DNA of 64,000 bases from Selenomonadales bacterium (GCA_003150515.1 QALW01000044.1:5838-69837); one strand, 5' to 3'; shown: positions 36,194 to 45,556, numbered from the stretch's first letter. Numbers and translations are program-made. Notes: a model not told the origin generated them from the sequence alone.

Positions 36194-38080
36194 ATGATGG
36201 ATTTGTTTGATTCGGAAAAAGAGAAGGAGCAGGCCGAACAAAGACGAAAAAAACAGCTTTGCGCTATGGTCAGGGAGGAATTTGAGCGCCGCGCCGTGCA
36301 GCGCCGTCCATTCGAGCTTCAGTGGCAGCTCAATATGAATTTTATGCTGGGCAATCAGTATTACGACATAGCTCCCTTGTCGGGCGAGCTTTTTGAAACC
36401 GTTCAGGAATATCCCTGGCAGGAGCGGGAGGTGTATAACCATATAGCTCCCATAATGGAATCCCGCTTGGCCAAATTGACAAGAGTGCGTCCTCAGATGC
36501 TTGTCCGTCCGGCCACTTCAGACGAAGCGGACGTTCAGAGCGCAAAGGTATGCACGGCCTTGGTCAAATCCTGCTTTTCCAGGCTGGCCATGACTGATCA
36601 ATTGGACGAAGCGGCCATGTGGTCGGAAATTTGCGGCACGGTTTTTTATAAGAGCGTTTGGTCAGATTCAAAGGGCGTTCCGGTCGCGACTAATGAAAAC
36701 AGGCAGGTGCGTCAGGGAGACATAGAAACAAGCGTATGCCCGCCTTATGAAATATATCCTGATTCGCCCGGCCGCGAGGACGTGTCCAGATGTGAAAGCC
36801 TAATACATGCGCGGGCCTATTCTCCGGGCGAAGTAGAACGGCTCTGGGGCGTCAGGCCGGAGGGCGGCAAGGTCAGGGTTTACGGCGTTTCGGCTGAAAA
36901 CGGCAGCCTCATGCCCGGAACAGCCGAATTGGAGGATGGAGTCTTAGTAACTGAATACTATGAAATGCCCTCGGCGGAATATAAAAACGGCCGTCTGCTG
37001 ATAACCTGCGGAGATATGCTTCTATATGAAGGGGAACTGCCCTATCAGACGGGAGAAAATGGAGAGAGACGCGCTCCTTTTGTCCGGCAGGTCTCCCTTT
37101 CCCGTCCCGGCTGCTTCTGGGGCATGTCCATAATTGAACGCTGCATTCCTATTCAAAGGGCTTATAACGCCGTTAAAAACCGCAAGCATGAATTTCTCAA
37201 CAGAGCGGCGGTGGGAGTGCTGGCCGTGGAAGAGGGCTCGGTGGATTTGGAAAATCTCGAATTGGAAGGGCTGGCGCCCGGCAAACTGCTGGTTTACCGT
37301 CAGGGCAGCAATATTCCTGCGTTTTTGCCGGGAGGGAATCTGCCTGGCGAGTTTATTCAGGAAGAGGCCGAACTGCTTCAGGAATTTGAGATGATTTCGG
37401 GCGTGTCCGAGATGATGAGGCGCTCGTATGCCGGAGCTAATATAAGCAGCGGCACGGCGCTTTCCCTTTTAAGCGAGCAGGACGACACCAGGCTTTCAGT
37501 TACCGCCGAGCATATACGCTCGGCCATGCGTTCTCTGGCTAAAATCTGGCTGCGGCTGTATAAGCAGTTTGCTGGAAGCGCCCGCATAGACCGGGTAGTC
37601 GGGGATAACGGCCAGGTCAGCGCGCTCTATTGGAAGGCCAGCCAGATAACCAGCGACGACGTAGTGCATGAAACTGAGAACGAGCTTTCTCAGTCCTTGT
37701 CTCAGCGCAGGCAAATGATATTCGATTTGATAGCCAGAGGCATATTTACTTCGCCTCAGGGAGGCCTGAGCGAACGCACAAAGGCGCGCCTGCTCGGCAT
37801 GCTGGGCCTGGGCGACTGGGAAAACGCGGCGGATGTGCCTGAAATGCAGATGGAAAGGGCGCAGCGCGAGAATTTCCGCATGAGCGAGGGAGAAACGGCA
37901 GTAGTTGAAAATTACGACGACCATGAATTGCATGAATCAGAGCATATTAAATTTATGCTGTCCGAAAAATTTGAAGAACTGAGCGCTAAACGGCCTGATT
38001 GGGCCGCCCTGTTCAGGGAGCATTTAACGGAGCATCAGATTTTATTAAATGGAGGAATGCAGAATGCGGACGAATCTTAA
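36194..38080 (+). CDS. portal protein
   Basis: 628-aa ORF directly after TerL. Its size, acidic character and position are portal-like. No clip-motif check is possible by eye. Confidence 0.7.
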   Translation: MMDLFDSEKEKEQAEQRRKKQLCAMVREEFERRAVQRRPFELQWQLNMNFMLGNQYYDIAPLSGELFETVQEYPWQEREVYNHIAPIMESRLAKLTRVRPQMLVRPATSDEADVQSAKVCTALVKSCFSRLAMTDQLDEAAMWSEICGTVFYKSVWSDSKGVPVATNENRQVRQGDIETSVCPPYEIYPDSPGREDVSRCESLIHARAYSPGEVERLWGVRPEGGKVRVYGVSAENGSLMPGTAELEDGVLVTEYYEMPSAEYKNGRLLITCGDMLLYEGELPYQTGENGERRAPFVRQVSLSRPGCFWGMSIIERCIPIQRAYNAVKNRKHEFLNRAAVGVLAVEEGSVDLENLELEGLAPGKLLVYRQGSNIPAFLPGGNLPGEFIQEEAELLQEFEMISGVSEMMRRSYAGANISSGTALSLLSEQDDTRLSVTAEHIRSAMRSLAKIWLRLYKQFAGSARIDRVVGDNGQVSALYWKASQITSDDVVHETENELSQSLSQRRQMIFDLIARGIFTSPQGGLSERTKARLLGMLGLGDWENAADVPEMQMERAQRENFRMSEGETAVVENYDDHELHESEHIKFMLSEKFEELSAKRPDWAALFREHLTEHQILLNGGMQNADES

Positions 38081-38642
38081 TGGGGAACAACCCGCCAATA
38101 GCGCGGGCTCCGATATAATGCCTGACAAATTCAAAAGCGGGGAACAACTTCTTAAAGCCTATGAGATGCTGGAAGCCGCGTTTACGCGCAAAAGCCAGAG
38201 GCTTAAGGAGCTCCTTGAAGAAAATGCCAGGCTCAAGGGGGAACTTATGGAGAAACAGCCGGATTTAAGCGGTATGATTGAGGATTTTAAGGCTTATCCG
38301 GAGGGCGCGCAATATGCGCCCGGGCTTTCGGCTGTTCTTCAGAGCGAGCCCAATCTTACGCCGGCCGGGCTGCTTGCGGCTCTGGCGCGCGTAATCCGAT
38401 GCGAGTGCGTTCCGCGCGAGCAGCTTTTACAAGACCGCGAATTTGTAGAAAAATATGTTCTTACAAATGAGGATATAACAGAATATATTCTGCGGAAATA
38501 TCTTGGCGGGCTGCTGCGCGGAGAAACGCCCCGCAGCATAAGCGGCGCGGGCGGCTTTATGCCTGCCTGCGAACGCAGGCGCGCTTCTTCTATTGAGGAA
38601 GCGGGCAAAATGGCGGCGCAGAGCTTCAGCGGCAGGCGCTGA
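38064..38642 (+). CDS. probable scaffolding protein
   Basis: 192 aa, coiled-coil-rich (KSQRLKELLEENARLKGELMEK), located between portal and capsid. The ATG has a GGAGGA RBS and overlaps the portal 3' end. Confidence 0.45.
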   Translation: MRTNLNGEQPANSAGSDIMPDKFKSGEQLLKAYEMLEAAFTRKSQRLKELLEENARLKGELMEKQPDLSGMIEDFKAYPEGAQYAPGLSAVLQSEPNLTPAGLLAALARVIRCECVPREQLLQDREFVEKYVLTNEDITEYILRKYLGGLLRGETPRSISGAGGFMPACERRRASSIEEAGKMAAQSFSGRR

Positions 38643-38788
38643 CCAATTAAATAGGGTTTATACCGGGGCGCGGCACAAAGCGCGCATGAGTATGCAATGA
38701 TGCCGTTGACAATACGGTTTAAAGAGCTTTTATCTGCTTCGCGCCCCTATATAAGCCTGATAAAATAATTAACGGAGGAGATAAAAAT

Positions 38789-39979
38789 ATGCAGGCAGTA
38801 ACTTTAACAAGCGCTGAAAACGCCCTTAAGTCATTTTATCTTGACGTAGTGGCGCATCAGCTTAATACGGAAACCAATCCCTTGTATAATAAGATTAAGC
38901 AGTCGGAGAGCAATGTGTTCGGCAAGGAGGTGCGCGCCGCGGCATGTTACGGCGTAAACGGCGGCATAGCGGCCGGAACGGAAACCGGAGATCTTCCCGA
39001 AGCATATTCAAATAACTATGTGTCCTTTGTAAGCACGCTTAAGAATCTGTACGGTCAAATTGAAATCTCGGATAAGGCTATTCGTGCCTCTGAAAACAGC
39101 GCGGGAGCGTTTGTGAATCTGCTTAACGCCGAGATGGAGGGGCTTCTGAGAGCGGCTAAATTTAATTTTGGGCGCATGCTTTTTGGAGACGGGACGGGCG
39201 CTCTTGCAAAGGTGACTGAGGCTGCGAGCGCTAAGAGCGCTATTGTGGTAGACAGCGCGCGCAATCTGACCGAAGGCATGGTAATAGATATTTATGCTAC
39301 GTCCGAAACTGCTTCGGCTACGGCGAGCGGCTGCCGGATTCTCGGAATTGCTGTGGAAAAATCCGAAAGCACTTCCAAAATAGTCGTTACTCTGGACACT
39401 ACTGTTACGGTAGCGGCTAACAGCATAGTGTATCTTTGCGGCAGCAAGGGCAATGAAATCACCGGCTTGGCTTCAATTTTCTCTGCAACCGGCACCCTTT
39501 ACGGCTTGGATAAATCAAGCAATAAATGGATGATTCCTTATATTGGTGATAATACGGGCACAATAAGCGACGCTAAAATACAAAAGGCCATTGACGCGGC
39601 CGAAGAGCGCGCGGGCAGCCGAATAGATACGGCTGTTTGCTCTTATGGCGTCAGAAGAGCTTATGCGAGCGTTCTGGAGACTAATAAGCGCAATGTGAAT
39701 ACGGTTGAATTGGAGGGCGGCTTTAGGGCTATATCCTATGCCGGCATTCCTATAATCGCCGACAGATTTGCGCCTGCGGGCACTATGTATCTGCTGGACA
39801 GCAAGGATTTCGCGCTTCATCAGCTTTGCGATTGGCGCTGGCTGGAGGGTGAGAACGGCAATATACTCCGTCAGGTACCGGGCAAGGCGGTATTTAACGC
39901 TACTTTGGTTAAATATGCCGAGCTTATGTGCACTCGTCCGGGAGGACAGGCTGCGCTTACGGGCATAACTGAAGGCTGA
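38789..39979 (+). CDS. major capsid protein (HK97-fold type)
   Basis: 396 aa with a strong GGAGGAG RBS and the typical position after the scaffold. The sequence pattern (NLYGQIEISDKAIRASE...NAEMEGLLRAAKFNFGRMLFGDG) resembles phage coat proteins. Confidence 0.72.
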   Translation: MQAVTLTSAENALKSFYLDVVAHQLNTETNPLYNKIKQSESNVFGKEVRAAACYGVNGGIAAGTETGDLPEAYSNNYVSFVSTLKNLYGQIEISDKAIRASENSAGAFVNLLNAEMEGLLRAAKFNFGRMLFGDGTGALAKVTEAASAKSAIVVDSARNLTEGMVIDIYATSETASATASGCRILGIAVEKSESTSKIVVTLDTTVTVAANSIVYLCGSKGNEITGLASIFSATGTLYGLDKSSNKWMIPYIGDNTGTISDAKIQKAIDAAEERAGSRIDTAVCSYGVRRAYASVLETNKRNVNTVELEGGFRAISYAGIPIIADRFAPAGTMYLLDSKDFALHQLCDWRWLEGENGNILRQVPGKAVFNATLVKYAELMCTRPGGQAALTGITEG

Positions 39980-40378
39980 TTGACTGATTGAGCTGCGGTG
40001 GGGACGGGGAAGGCCGTTTAGGGCGCATTTGCGCCCTAAACGGCCGGGGTTTATATAATTTGGGCGCGGGGAAGAGTTCTGGGGGCTGATAAAAGCCTGT
40101 AAAATATCAGAAGCAGGGCGGGTTGAGGCGGCTGGGGGCGCCCTCCTTAAAGGGGTGGGAGTCCCCGTTGCTGATGCCGCGGGGGCCCGCCCGCCCTTCC
40201 CGGTCTGGCAATAAGCATTTAAAAAATGCTTATTGCCAGACCGGGAAGCAAGGAGGCCGGCTGACGCCGGCCGGGCGGATGGGGAAAGCAAAAGCTTTCC
40301 CCATCCGCCCTTTTATATAATTCCCCAGGGGCGCTTTAGGCGCCCCTCCCCCGCGCATAAAAGAAAGGGAGAGATCAA

Positions 40379-40690
40379 ATGGCTAAAGAGGGAGAGTATT
40401 GTATGGAATTAAGTCCTGAATTTCGGGACGTGTTTTATATTGCCGGTCGTATTAAGGAGCTGGATCCAGCTTATTATATTATGTTCAACAGAAACAGCGG
40501 CCGTTATCAGGTGCACGCCGGAACTGGGCGGGATACCCTTCAGCTTGATTTGCCCTTTGATATCCTGGACAGCCGTGCTCTTAGTTATGTCCGGCAGACG
40601 GCCGTAACGCGCATTAATGAATATTTGGCTGAAATAGACAGGGCGAATCTTATTAATGAGCGCGCGGCGCTTAAACGAGGAGGAATCTAA
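40379..40690 (+). CDS. hypothetical protein (phage block)
   Basis: 103-aa ORF with an AAGGGAGAG RBS. An alternative ATG lies 8 codons downstream. Confidence 0.55.
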   Translation: MAKEGEYCMELSPEFRDVFYIAGRIKELDPAYYIMFNRNSGRYQVHAGTGRDTLQLDLPFDILDSRALSYVRQTAVTRINEYLAEIDRANLINERAALKRGGI

Positions 40691-41260
40691 ATGAAATTAA
40701 GAGAATTGGCTGCGGGCTGCGCCGTGCTTTTGGGAATAGACGACGGCTTTCTGCGCGAGGGCGGAGTTATGACCGAGGACGAGCAGCTTGTATATGAACG
40801 GCTTAAAAGCGCGCTGAATTCAGTATATACGTTTATCGCAAAGGATTATTGCCGGCCTCTTTATACTGAAGTAATAACAACGGATGCGAAATCGGGCGTG
40901 CTTATAAGCGAATTGAGCAAAAGCTATATGCAGTTTCATTCGGCTAAAAATGAAAAGAGCTGTCCTGTGGCGGGCAGAGAATATCCCGATTATGTACGCT
41001 TCAGCGTGCGCCCGGGCAGCAAGGTGAGCGTAACGTATTATTATCTTCCGCCTCGCCTGGAGGATTTGGACGACGAGGTGGAGCTGCCCGAAAAGGATGT
41101 GGCTGCCGAAGCCTATCTTTACGGCGCTTTAAGCCTGTATTATACCACCGAGGGCCGTCATACCGAGGCTGCGGCCTGGGACAGAAGATATAAAAGCGTT
41201 CTGGACGGAACAGAAAGAATGCGCGGCGAGCATCGCCTTCCCAGCCGGAGGTGGTCTTGA
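40691..41260 (+). CDS. hypothetical protein, size and position of a head-tail adaptor
   Basis: 189 aa with a GAGGAGG RBS, abutting the stop of the previous gene. Confidence 0.6.
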   Translation: MKLRELAAGCAVLLGIDDGFLREGGVMTEDEQLVYERLKSALNSVYTFIAKDYCRPLYTEVITTDAKSGVLISELSKSYMQFHSAKNEKSCPVAGREYPDYVRFSVRPGSKVSVTYYYLPPRLEDLDDEVELPEKDVAAEAYLYGALSLYYTTEGRHTEAAAWDRRYKSVLDGTERMRGEHRLPSRRWS

Positions 41261-42741
41261 TGGCGTGGTATCGCAGCCTGCCTGAATATGAGCAGGCGGA
41301 CGAATACAGTTTTTATATCAGCGATTTTAAGGGCGGCATCAATATGAGCGAGGACGACCAGAATATGAGCCTGAGCGAAAGCCCGCTGGCTTATAATGTT
41401 TCGGGCAAGGACGGCAGTCTTAAGAGGTGCGAAGGATACGGACGCGCCTATAAGCATGAGGATATGCTTAATAGAGAAATTCTGATTCCCGAATTGCCGT
41501 CGTCCGGTACGGGCAGGCTGCTTATTTACAGAGTCAATACTGAAACTCAGCCGCGCGAGCATTTGGCGTATGTGGATAATCTGGGGCTGTATAAATGCGT
41601 TCTTAACGGTTCAGAGCTTAAATGGCAGATGGTGAATACTACTGATTTCAGTGCTGTGGAATATTATGTAAATTACCGCAAGGATTCGGGCGACTGTCTG
41701 GTATTTGGTCCGGGCGTAGAGGACAATAATATGTATCTATGGAGTAAATTTACACAGCCGCCCTCTCCTGTTGAGACCGCGCCCCAATTAAGCAGCGCTG
41801 TGGTTCATTATGAGCGCATGTTTGGGGTTGGAGATCCGGAGCATGTAAACCGCATATGGTTTTCCGCGCAGTTTGACCCTACGGATTTTACAGTTTCTCT
41901 TGACGCGGGCGGCTATATAGACGTTATGGGGGATAAAGGCCGGGCGCTTAAGGTGATTAGCTTTTCGGACAGTATTTTTGTGTTCTGGCAGTACGGAATA
42001 ACCAGGGTAAAAGCCTATAATTATCAGAGCGAATTTACCGTAAGCGATATATACAGCTGCGACAGCGAAATACTCAAGGACAGCGTGTGCCTATGCTCAG
42101 ATCAGATTATATTTGCCGCTAAGGACGGCGTTTATGCCTTTGACGGTTACAGCGTACAGCGAATCAGCGATAAAATCTCAGGCATAATTAACGAGGGCCT
42201 GAAGGCTTCGGGCGAATGCTCGGCGTATTTCCGCGGCAAATATTATTTGTCTGTGCAGAGCAGCTATCTAGCCGAGGTGGAGGGCAGCCTGATGCTGGAA
42301 TATGATACGGCTTCAAATAAATGGCGTATTTTTAAGGGCCAGCCCATACGGCAGCTTCTGGTCTATCATGACGAGGGACGCGAACGCCTGCTGCTTGTGG
42401 GGAACAATCACGTCTATGAAATGGACGGCTCTCAAACTTTCGGCGGCATGCCCATAAGCGCAAGATGGGATATGCCCTTAAGCAGCCTGGGCAAGCCTCA
42501 TTTAGTCAAGAATATCCGCGAGCTGCTTATAACGGCTGAGGGCGAGGGGCTTTTAAGGCTGAAAATGACTACTGAAAGCGCCCGAATTGAAAGGACAATC
42601 CGCTTGAGGGATACGCGCAGGATATATAAGGTGCCTCTGCGAATCAGCGGGAAGCTGCTCCAGCTGAGCATAGAGAATGTGAGCGGCAATAATTTCACCG
42701 TCAGCAATCCCATGGTGATATATACCGCGCTCAGGGGGTGA
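41260..42741 (+). CDS. hypothetical structural protein (candidate tail-tube/nozzle-like)
   Basis: 493 aa. The ATG overlaps the upstream TGA (TGATG) and has a GGAGGTGG RBS. The sequence is rich in beta-strand, propeller-like repeats. Confidence 0.6.
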   Translation: MAWYRSLPEYEQADEYSFYISDFKGGINMSEDDQNMSLSESPLAYNVSGKDGSLKRCEGYGRAYKHEDMLNREILIPELPSSGTGRLLIYRVNTETQPREHLAYVDNLGLYKCVLNGSELKWQMVNTTDFSAVEYYVNYRKDSGDCLVFGPGVEDNNMYLWSKFTQPPSPVETAPQLSSAVVHYERMFGVGDPEHVNRIWFSAQFDPTDFTVSLDAGGYIDVMGDKGRALKVISFSDSIFVFWQYGITRVKAYNYQSEFTVSDIYSCDSEILKDSVCLCSDQIIFAAKDGVYAFDGYSVQRISDKISGIINEGLKASGECSAYFRGKYYLSVQSSYLAEVEGSLMLEYDTASNKWRIFKGQPIRQLLVYHDEGRERLLLVGNNHVYEMDGSQTFGGMPISARWDMPLSSLGKPHLVKNIRELLITAEGEGLLRLKMTTESARIERTIRLRDTRRIYKVPLRISGKLLQLSIENVSGNNFTVSNPMVIYTALRG

Positions 42742-42748
42742 GAGCTTT

Positions 42749-43168
42749 ATGACGAGCAATGCGGTAACGCGCAATACCAAGCGTATTTTAATGCTTAATG
42801 AGGAGCTCAATGAACAGAGAGGCATGATAAACGCCTTTTTGAATCCCCGCAGCTATTCGATAGCCTCGGCTTCCCTTTTGTCCACCGAAAGCGAGCTTTT
42901 CAGCCTTAACGCCAGCGGCGCGTATGCGCTTTTCGGCTTTTTGAGGCTGCAATTCAATTCCGCTTCGGGACAAATTATTTCGGTCGTATTCCGGGACGCC
43001 CAGGACGGCGCGCTGAGCTCGTGCGTCAGGCAGCTTTCCAGCAACGGAGTTCAGAGCCTGGATATACCTTTCTGCATATATCCCGGAAAGGGACAGGTAA
43101 AAATAAACGCTTCAGCTTCCGCTTCGTGCAGCATATCGGGGGCGGAGCTTTTTATTCTTGGCATGTAA
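42749..43168 (+). CDS. hypothetical protein (phage block)
   Basis: 139-aa ORF with a GGGGGTGAG RBS. Confidence 0.55.
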   Translation: MTSNAVTRNTKRILMLNEELNEQRGMINAFLNPRSYSIASASLLSTESELFSLNASGAYALFGFLRLQFNSASGQIISVVFRDAQDGALSSCVRQLSSNGVQSLDIPFCIYPGKGQVKINASASASCSISGAELFILGM

Positions 43169-43231
43169 TAAGCGCGTCCCCCCGCGCGCTCTTAATTAAT
43201 ATTTCCGGGGGGAGAAAGCAGGGATTATTAA

Positions 43232-44491
43232 ATGAGCAAAAGCAAACAAGGCCAGTATATTGTCCAGCGCGGAGATACTGTAGAAAGCATAGCTAAAAAG
43301 CTGGGCATGTCTCCCTTTGCTCTGGTCAGCCAGAATCCGGGAATCCGTTCTCAGCGGCTGACGCAGGGCCAGAGTTTGGTATATTATAGCCCGTCCTCCC
43401 AGGCTAATACGAGCGGGCAGTCCTCTTCTTCAGACGCCGCCCAAAACGCTTTGAATATTTTAAACGGCGCTCTGGGCGCCGGAGGAGGCGCATTGAGCAA
43501 TCTGTCTCTTAAGGCCGATACATTGGAAGAAGCGCTTCAGGCGCTTAAGAGAGAGGCGGGGCTTTCCGGTTTGAGCGATGAGGAGGCGTATGAAAGAGCG
43601 CAGCAGTTCAGGCGGCAAAACCTTCTTGAACAGGCTTCTCAGGCCAATCCGGGCAAGGTTTATGATATAGGCAAGCTGCTGGATAACGCCGGTTACGGCC
43701 TTTCGGATTCGGCAAGACAGATTATAAGCAATATTACAGGCATGGATTATTCGGGCGCTGCGGCCGGCTCTGAGGCAAATCTCAGCAGCAGGGACAGAGC
43801 GCTTCTGGCGCTGGGCGAATTGATTGATTTAACTAATCTTTCCCCTGTCAAAGGCGAGCAGATAGATGAAAACGCCCTCTATCGGCAGGCTTATGCCCAA
43901 GCGGAGAATGATTATGCAAATCGTATTCTCAACGCCGTCAATTCCCTTAATAATAAGCGCAGAAATAATCAGGACAAAAAGGAAACTCTTCAGGAGGATT
44001 ATTTAAAGGAAATACAGGAATTGGAGGCGCAGGCGGAGGAGGACAGCGCCGACGCATTGCAGGACAGCATAAAGAGAGGCACGGCGCGTTCCAGTATTCT
44101 GGACGGACTGCAAGCGGAAATAGAGCAAAACAGCCAGGACAGCGCGCTTCAGCTTGAAACTGACCTTAACAATACTCTTTCCCGCCTGGACAGGGAATTG
44201 AAGGATATTGAAAGCGCGGGTAAGGCTACGCTGGATTTGCTGGAAAAGAATAAGCAGATTGCGGCGCAGAAAGAATATGAAAAGCAGCTTGCCAATATTC
44301 AGAAGGAGCAGGAAAAGCTTTCCAGCATAAACGCCGGCTTGACAGGCACGCTGCTCACTCCCAGCGACGCCGTCAAGCAGCTTAATAAGCTGGACAGGCA
44401 GCAGTCTCTGGATTATCTTAAAAAGAATGAAAAGAAACTGCGCAGCCTTTGGGGCAGCTCCTATGACAGCGTTCTTAAGCAATATTCTTAA
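43232..44491 (+). CDS. LysM-domain protein with a long coiled-coil C-terminal region
   Basis: N-terminal LysM YIVQRGDTVESIAKKLGMSPFALVSQNPGIRSQRLTQGQSLVYY. The rest is Q/E/K/L-rich with no catalytic motif seen. Confidence 0.75.
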   Translation: MSKSKQGQYIVQRGDTVESIAKKLGMSPFALVSQNPGIRSQRLTQGQSLVYYSPSSQANTSGQSSSSDAAQNALNILNGALGAGGGALSNLSLKADTLEEALQALKREAGLSGLSDEEAYERAQQFRRQNLLEQASQANPGKVYDIGKLLDNAGYGLSDSARQIISNITGMDYSGAAAGSEANLSSRDRALLALGELIDLTNLSPVKGEQIDENALYRQAYAQAENDYANRILNAVNSLNNKRRNNQDKKETLQEDYLKEIQELEAQAEEDSADALQDSIKRGTARSSILDGLQAEIEQNSQDSALQLETDLNNTLSRLDRELKDIESAGKATLDLLEKNKQIAAQKEYEKQLANIQKEQEKLSSINAGLTGTLLTPSDAVKQLNKLDRQQSLDYLKKNEKKLRSLWGSSYDSVLKQYS

Positions 44492-44504
44492 ACAGCATAG
44501 TCTT

Positions 44505-44533
44505 AGTCCGGGAATATTTCCCGGACTTTTTTT
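44505..44533 (+). terminator. intrinsic terminator closing the phage-derived block
   Basis: AGTCCGGGAA / TTCCCGGACT stem followed by T7. Confidence 0.85.
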
Positions 44534-44552
44534 AATTTTAACGGAAAAATGT

Positions 44553-44582
44553 TTGCATTTATGCTGAAAAATATATTATAAT
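44553..44582 (+). promoter_or_regulatory. promoter of the small membrane/zinc-ribbon gene
   Basis: TTGCAT, 18-nt spacer, TATAAT (44577..44582). Confidence 0.5.
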
Positions 44583-44706
44583 ATCTTTGAAAATAATAAC
44601 GTGGCTTTATTTCCCGGACATGGGCTTTTGACGTGCGCTTAAGGCGCGCGGACGCGGCGATTAAAAAGAAGCTTATGTATACGGAATAACGCCTGAAAGG
44701 AATCAA

Positions 44707-45075
44707 ATGCTCAAGCGCTATCTTTTTTATCTTATTCGCTGGCAGTTAAGCACGCCCATTCTTACTCTTGTGCTCACCTGGCTTTCGGATATGGACACTC
44801 TGCTTGCTACTATTATAGCCAATCTTATAGGAGGGCTTATATTTTTCTGGGTGGACAGTTTTATTTTTAAAACCATGGCACGCAGCCCGCTTTGGGAAAT
44901 CCGTGAAAACGTTAAATGCGCCGACTGCGGGAAAACAGGACGTGGGTACCGCGTGGCCGAATGGTTTGGATATAACCGGGTTCAGGATAAAAACCCTGAA
45001 TTTAGATGCGAGGAATGCCGCGAACGCAAGCTGGAGGAGATAAGCAAGCGCATAGGCAAAAAGGCGCAGTCCTGA
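44707..45075 (+). CDS. small membrane protein (2 TM, GtrA-like N-part) with a C-terminal CxxC...CxxC zinc ribbon
   Basis: 122 aa; hydrophobic segments STPILTLVLTWL and LLATIIANLIGGLIFFWV; CADCGK...CEECRER. Confidence 0.6.
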   Translation: MLKRYLFYLIRWQLSTPILTLVLTWLSDMDTLLATIIANLIGGLIFFWVDSFIFKTMARSPLWEIRENVKCADCGKTGRGYRVAEWFGYNRVQDKNPEFRCEECRERKLEEISKRIGKKAQS

Positions 45076-45141
45076 CTTGCTGATATATACAGCCCGTTTT
45101 ATGCTTTTGGATAATTTTGCGACAGGGGCTTAACCCGCCCG

Positions 45142-45293
45142 CGTCCGGCTTTTAGAGCCGGACGGCCATATAATTGGCCCGGTAGAAAATCTACCGGGCC
45201 AATTATATGGCGGAAAAGGAGCGCGGCCTTTGGAGCCGCGCGGCGCACGCGCCCTGCGGGGCGCGCACGCCCTTTATATTTCCCGCCCGCCCC
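45142..45293. repeat. dispersed-repeat copy (hairpin stack plus CTTTATATTTCCCGCCCGCCCC module)
   Basis: Hairpins at 45142..45164, 45166..45210 (20-bp perfect stem) and 45221..45241, and an imperfect one at 45242..45270. Tail module at 45271..45293. Confidence 0.88.
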
Positions 45294-45354
45294 TGGCAGG
45301 CGTTTGTTTTTCTGCCCGGCTTTTCATATTCAAAATTCCTATTTTACAAACAGC

Positions 45355-45384
45355 TTTACAACACGCCGTTCGGTATGATATAAT
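45355..45384 (+). promoter_or_regulatory. ldh promoter
   Basis: TTTACA, 18-nt spacer, TGaTATAAT. Confidence 0.55.
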
Positions 45385-45556
45385 CATTTAAATTATTAAA
45401 ATGGGGGAAAAGGCGGCTTTTGCCTTATTCTCTTTAAATAACAGACGGCGGCGCATATTTTTTTTGCATACGGAGTATTTTTTATTGCTTATAGAAGCTT
45501 GCTTTCAGTCTGGTTGGGCCGTCTGCTATTTTATTTATAATAAGGAGGATGCCATA

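Larger units (their letters stand above)
34002..44533 (+). mobile_element. phage-derived head/neck gene block (defective prophage remnant or domesticated GTA-like module)
   Basis: Co-directional TerS, TerL, portal, scaffold, capsid, four unknown structural-size ORFs and a LysM protein, ending at a strong terminator. Housekeeping genes lie on both flanks. Confidence 0.65.

Noticed and set aside
39515-40291. 258-aa ORF on the minus strand
   Set aside because: It is antisense to the 3' end of the capsid gene and runs through the GC-rich hairpin stack. Its product is low-complexity and Ala/Arg/Pro/Ser-rich, and it has no RBS. It is an artefact of GC-rich palindromic DNA.
33334-45100. Complete integrated prophage with att sites
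   Set aside because: No integrase, repressor, replication, lysis or tail-fibre genes are present, and there is no tRNA target. The only flanking-type direct repeat (33661 and 36149) brackets just terS-terL and belongs to the dispersed box family.
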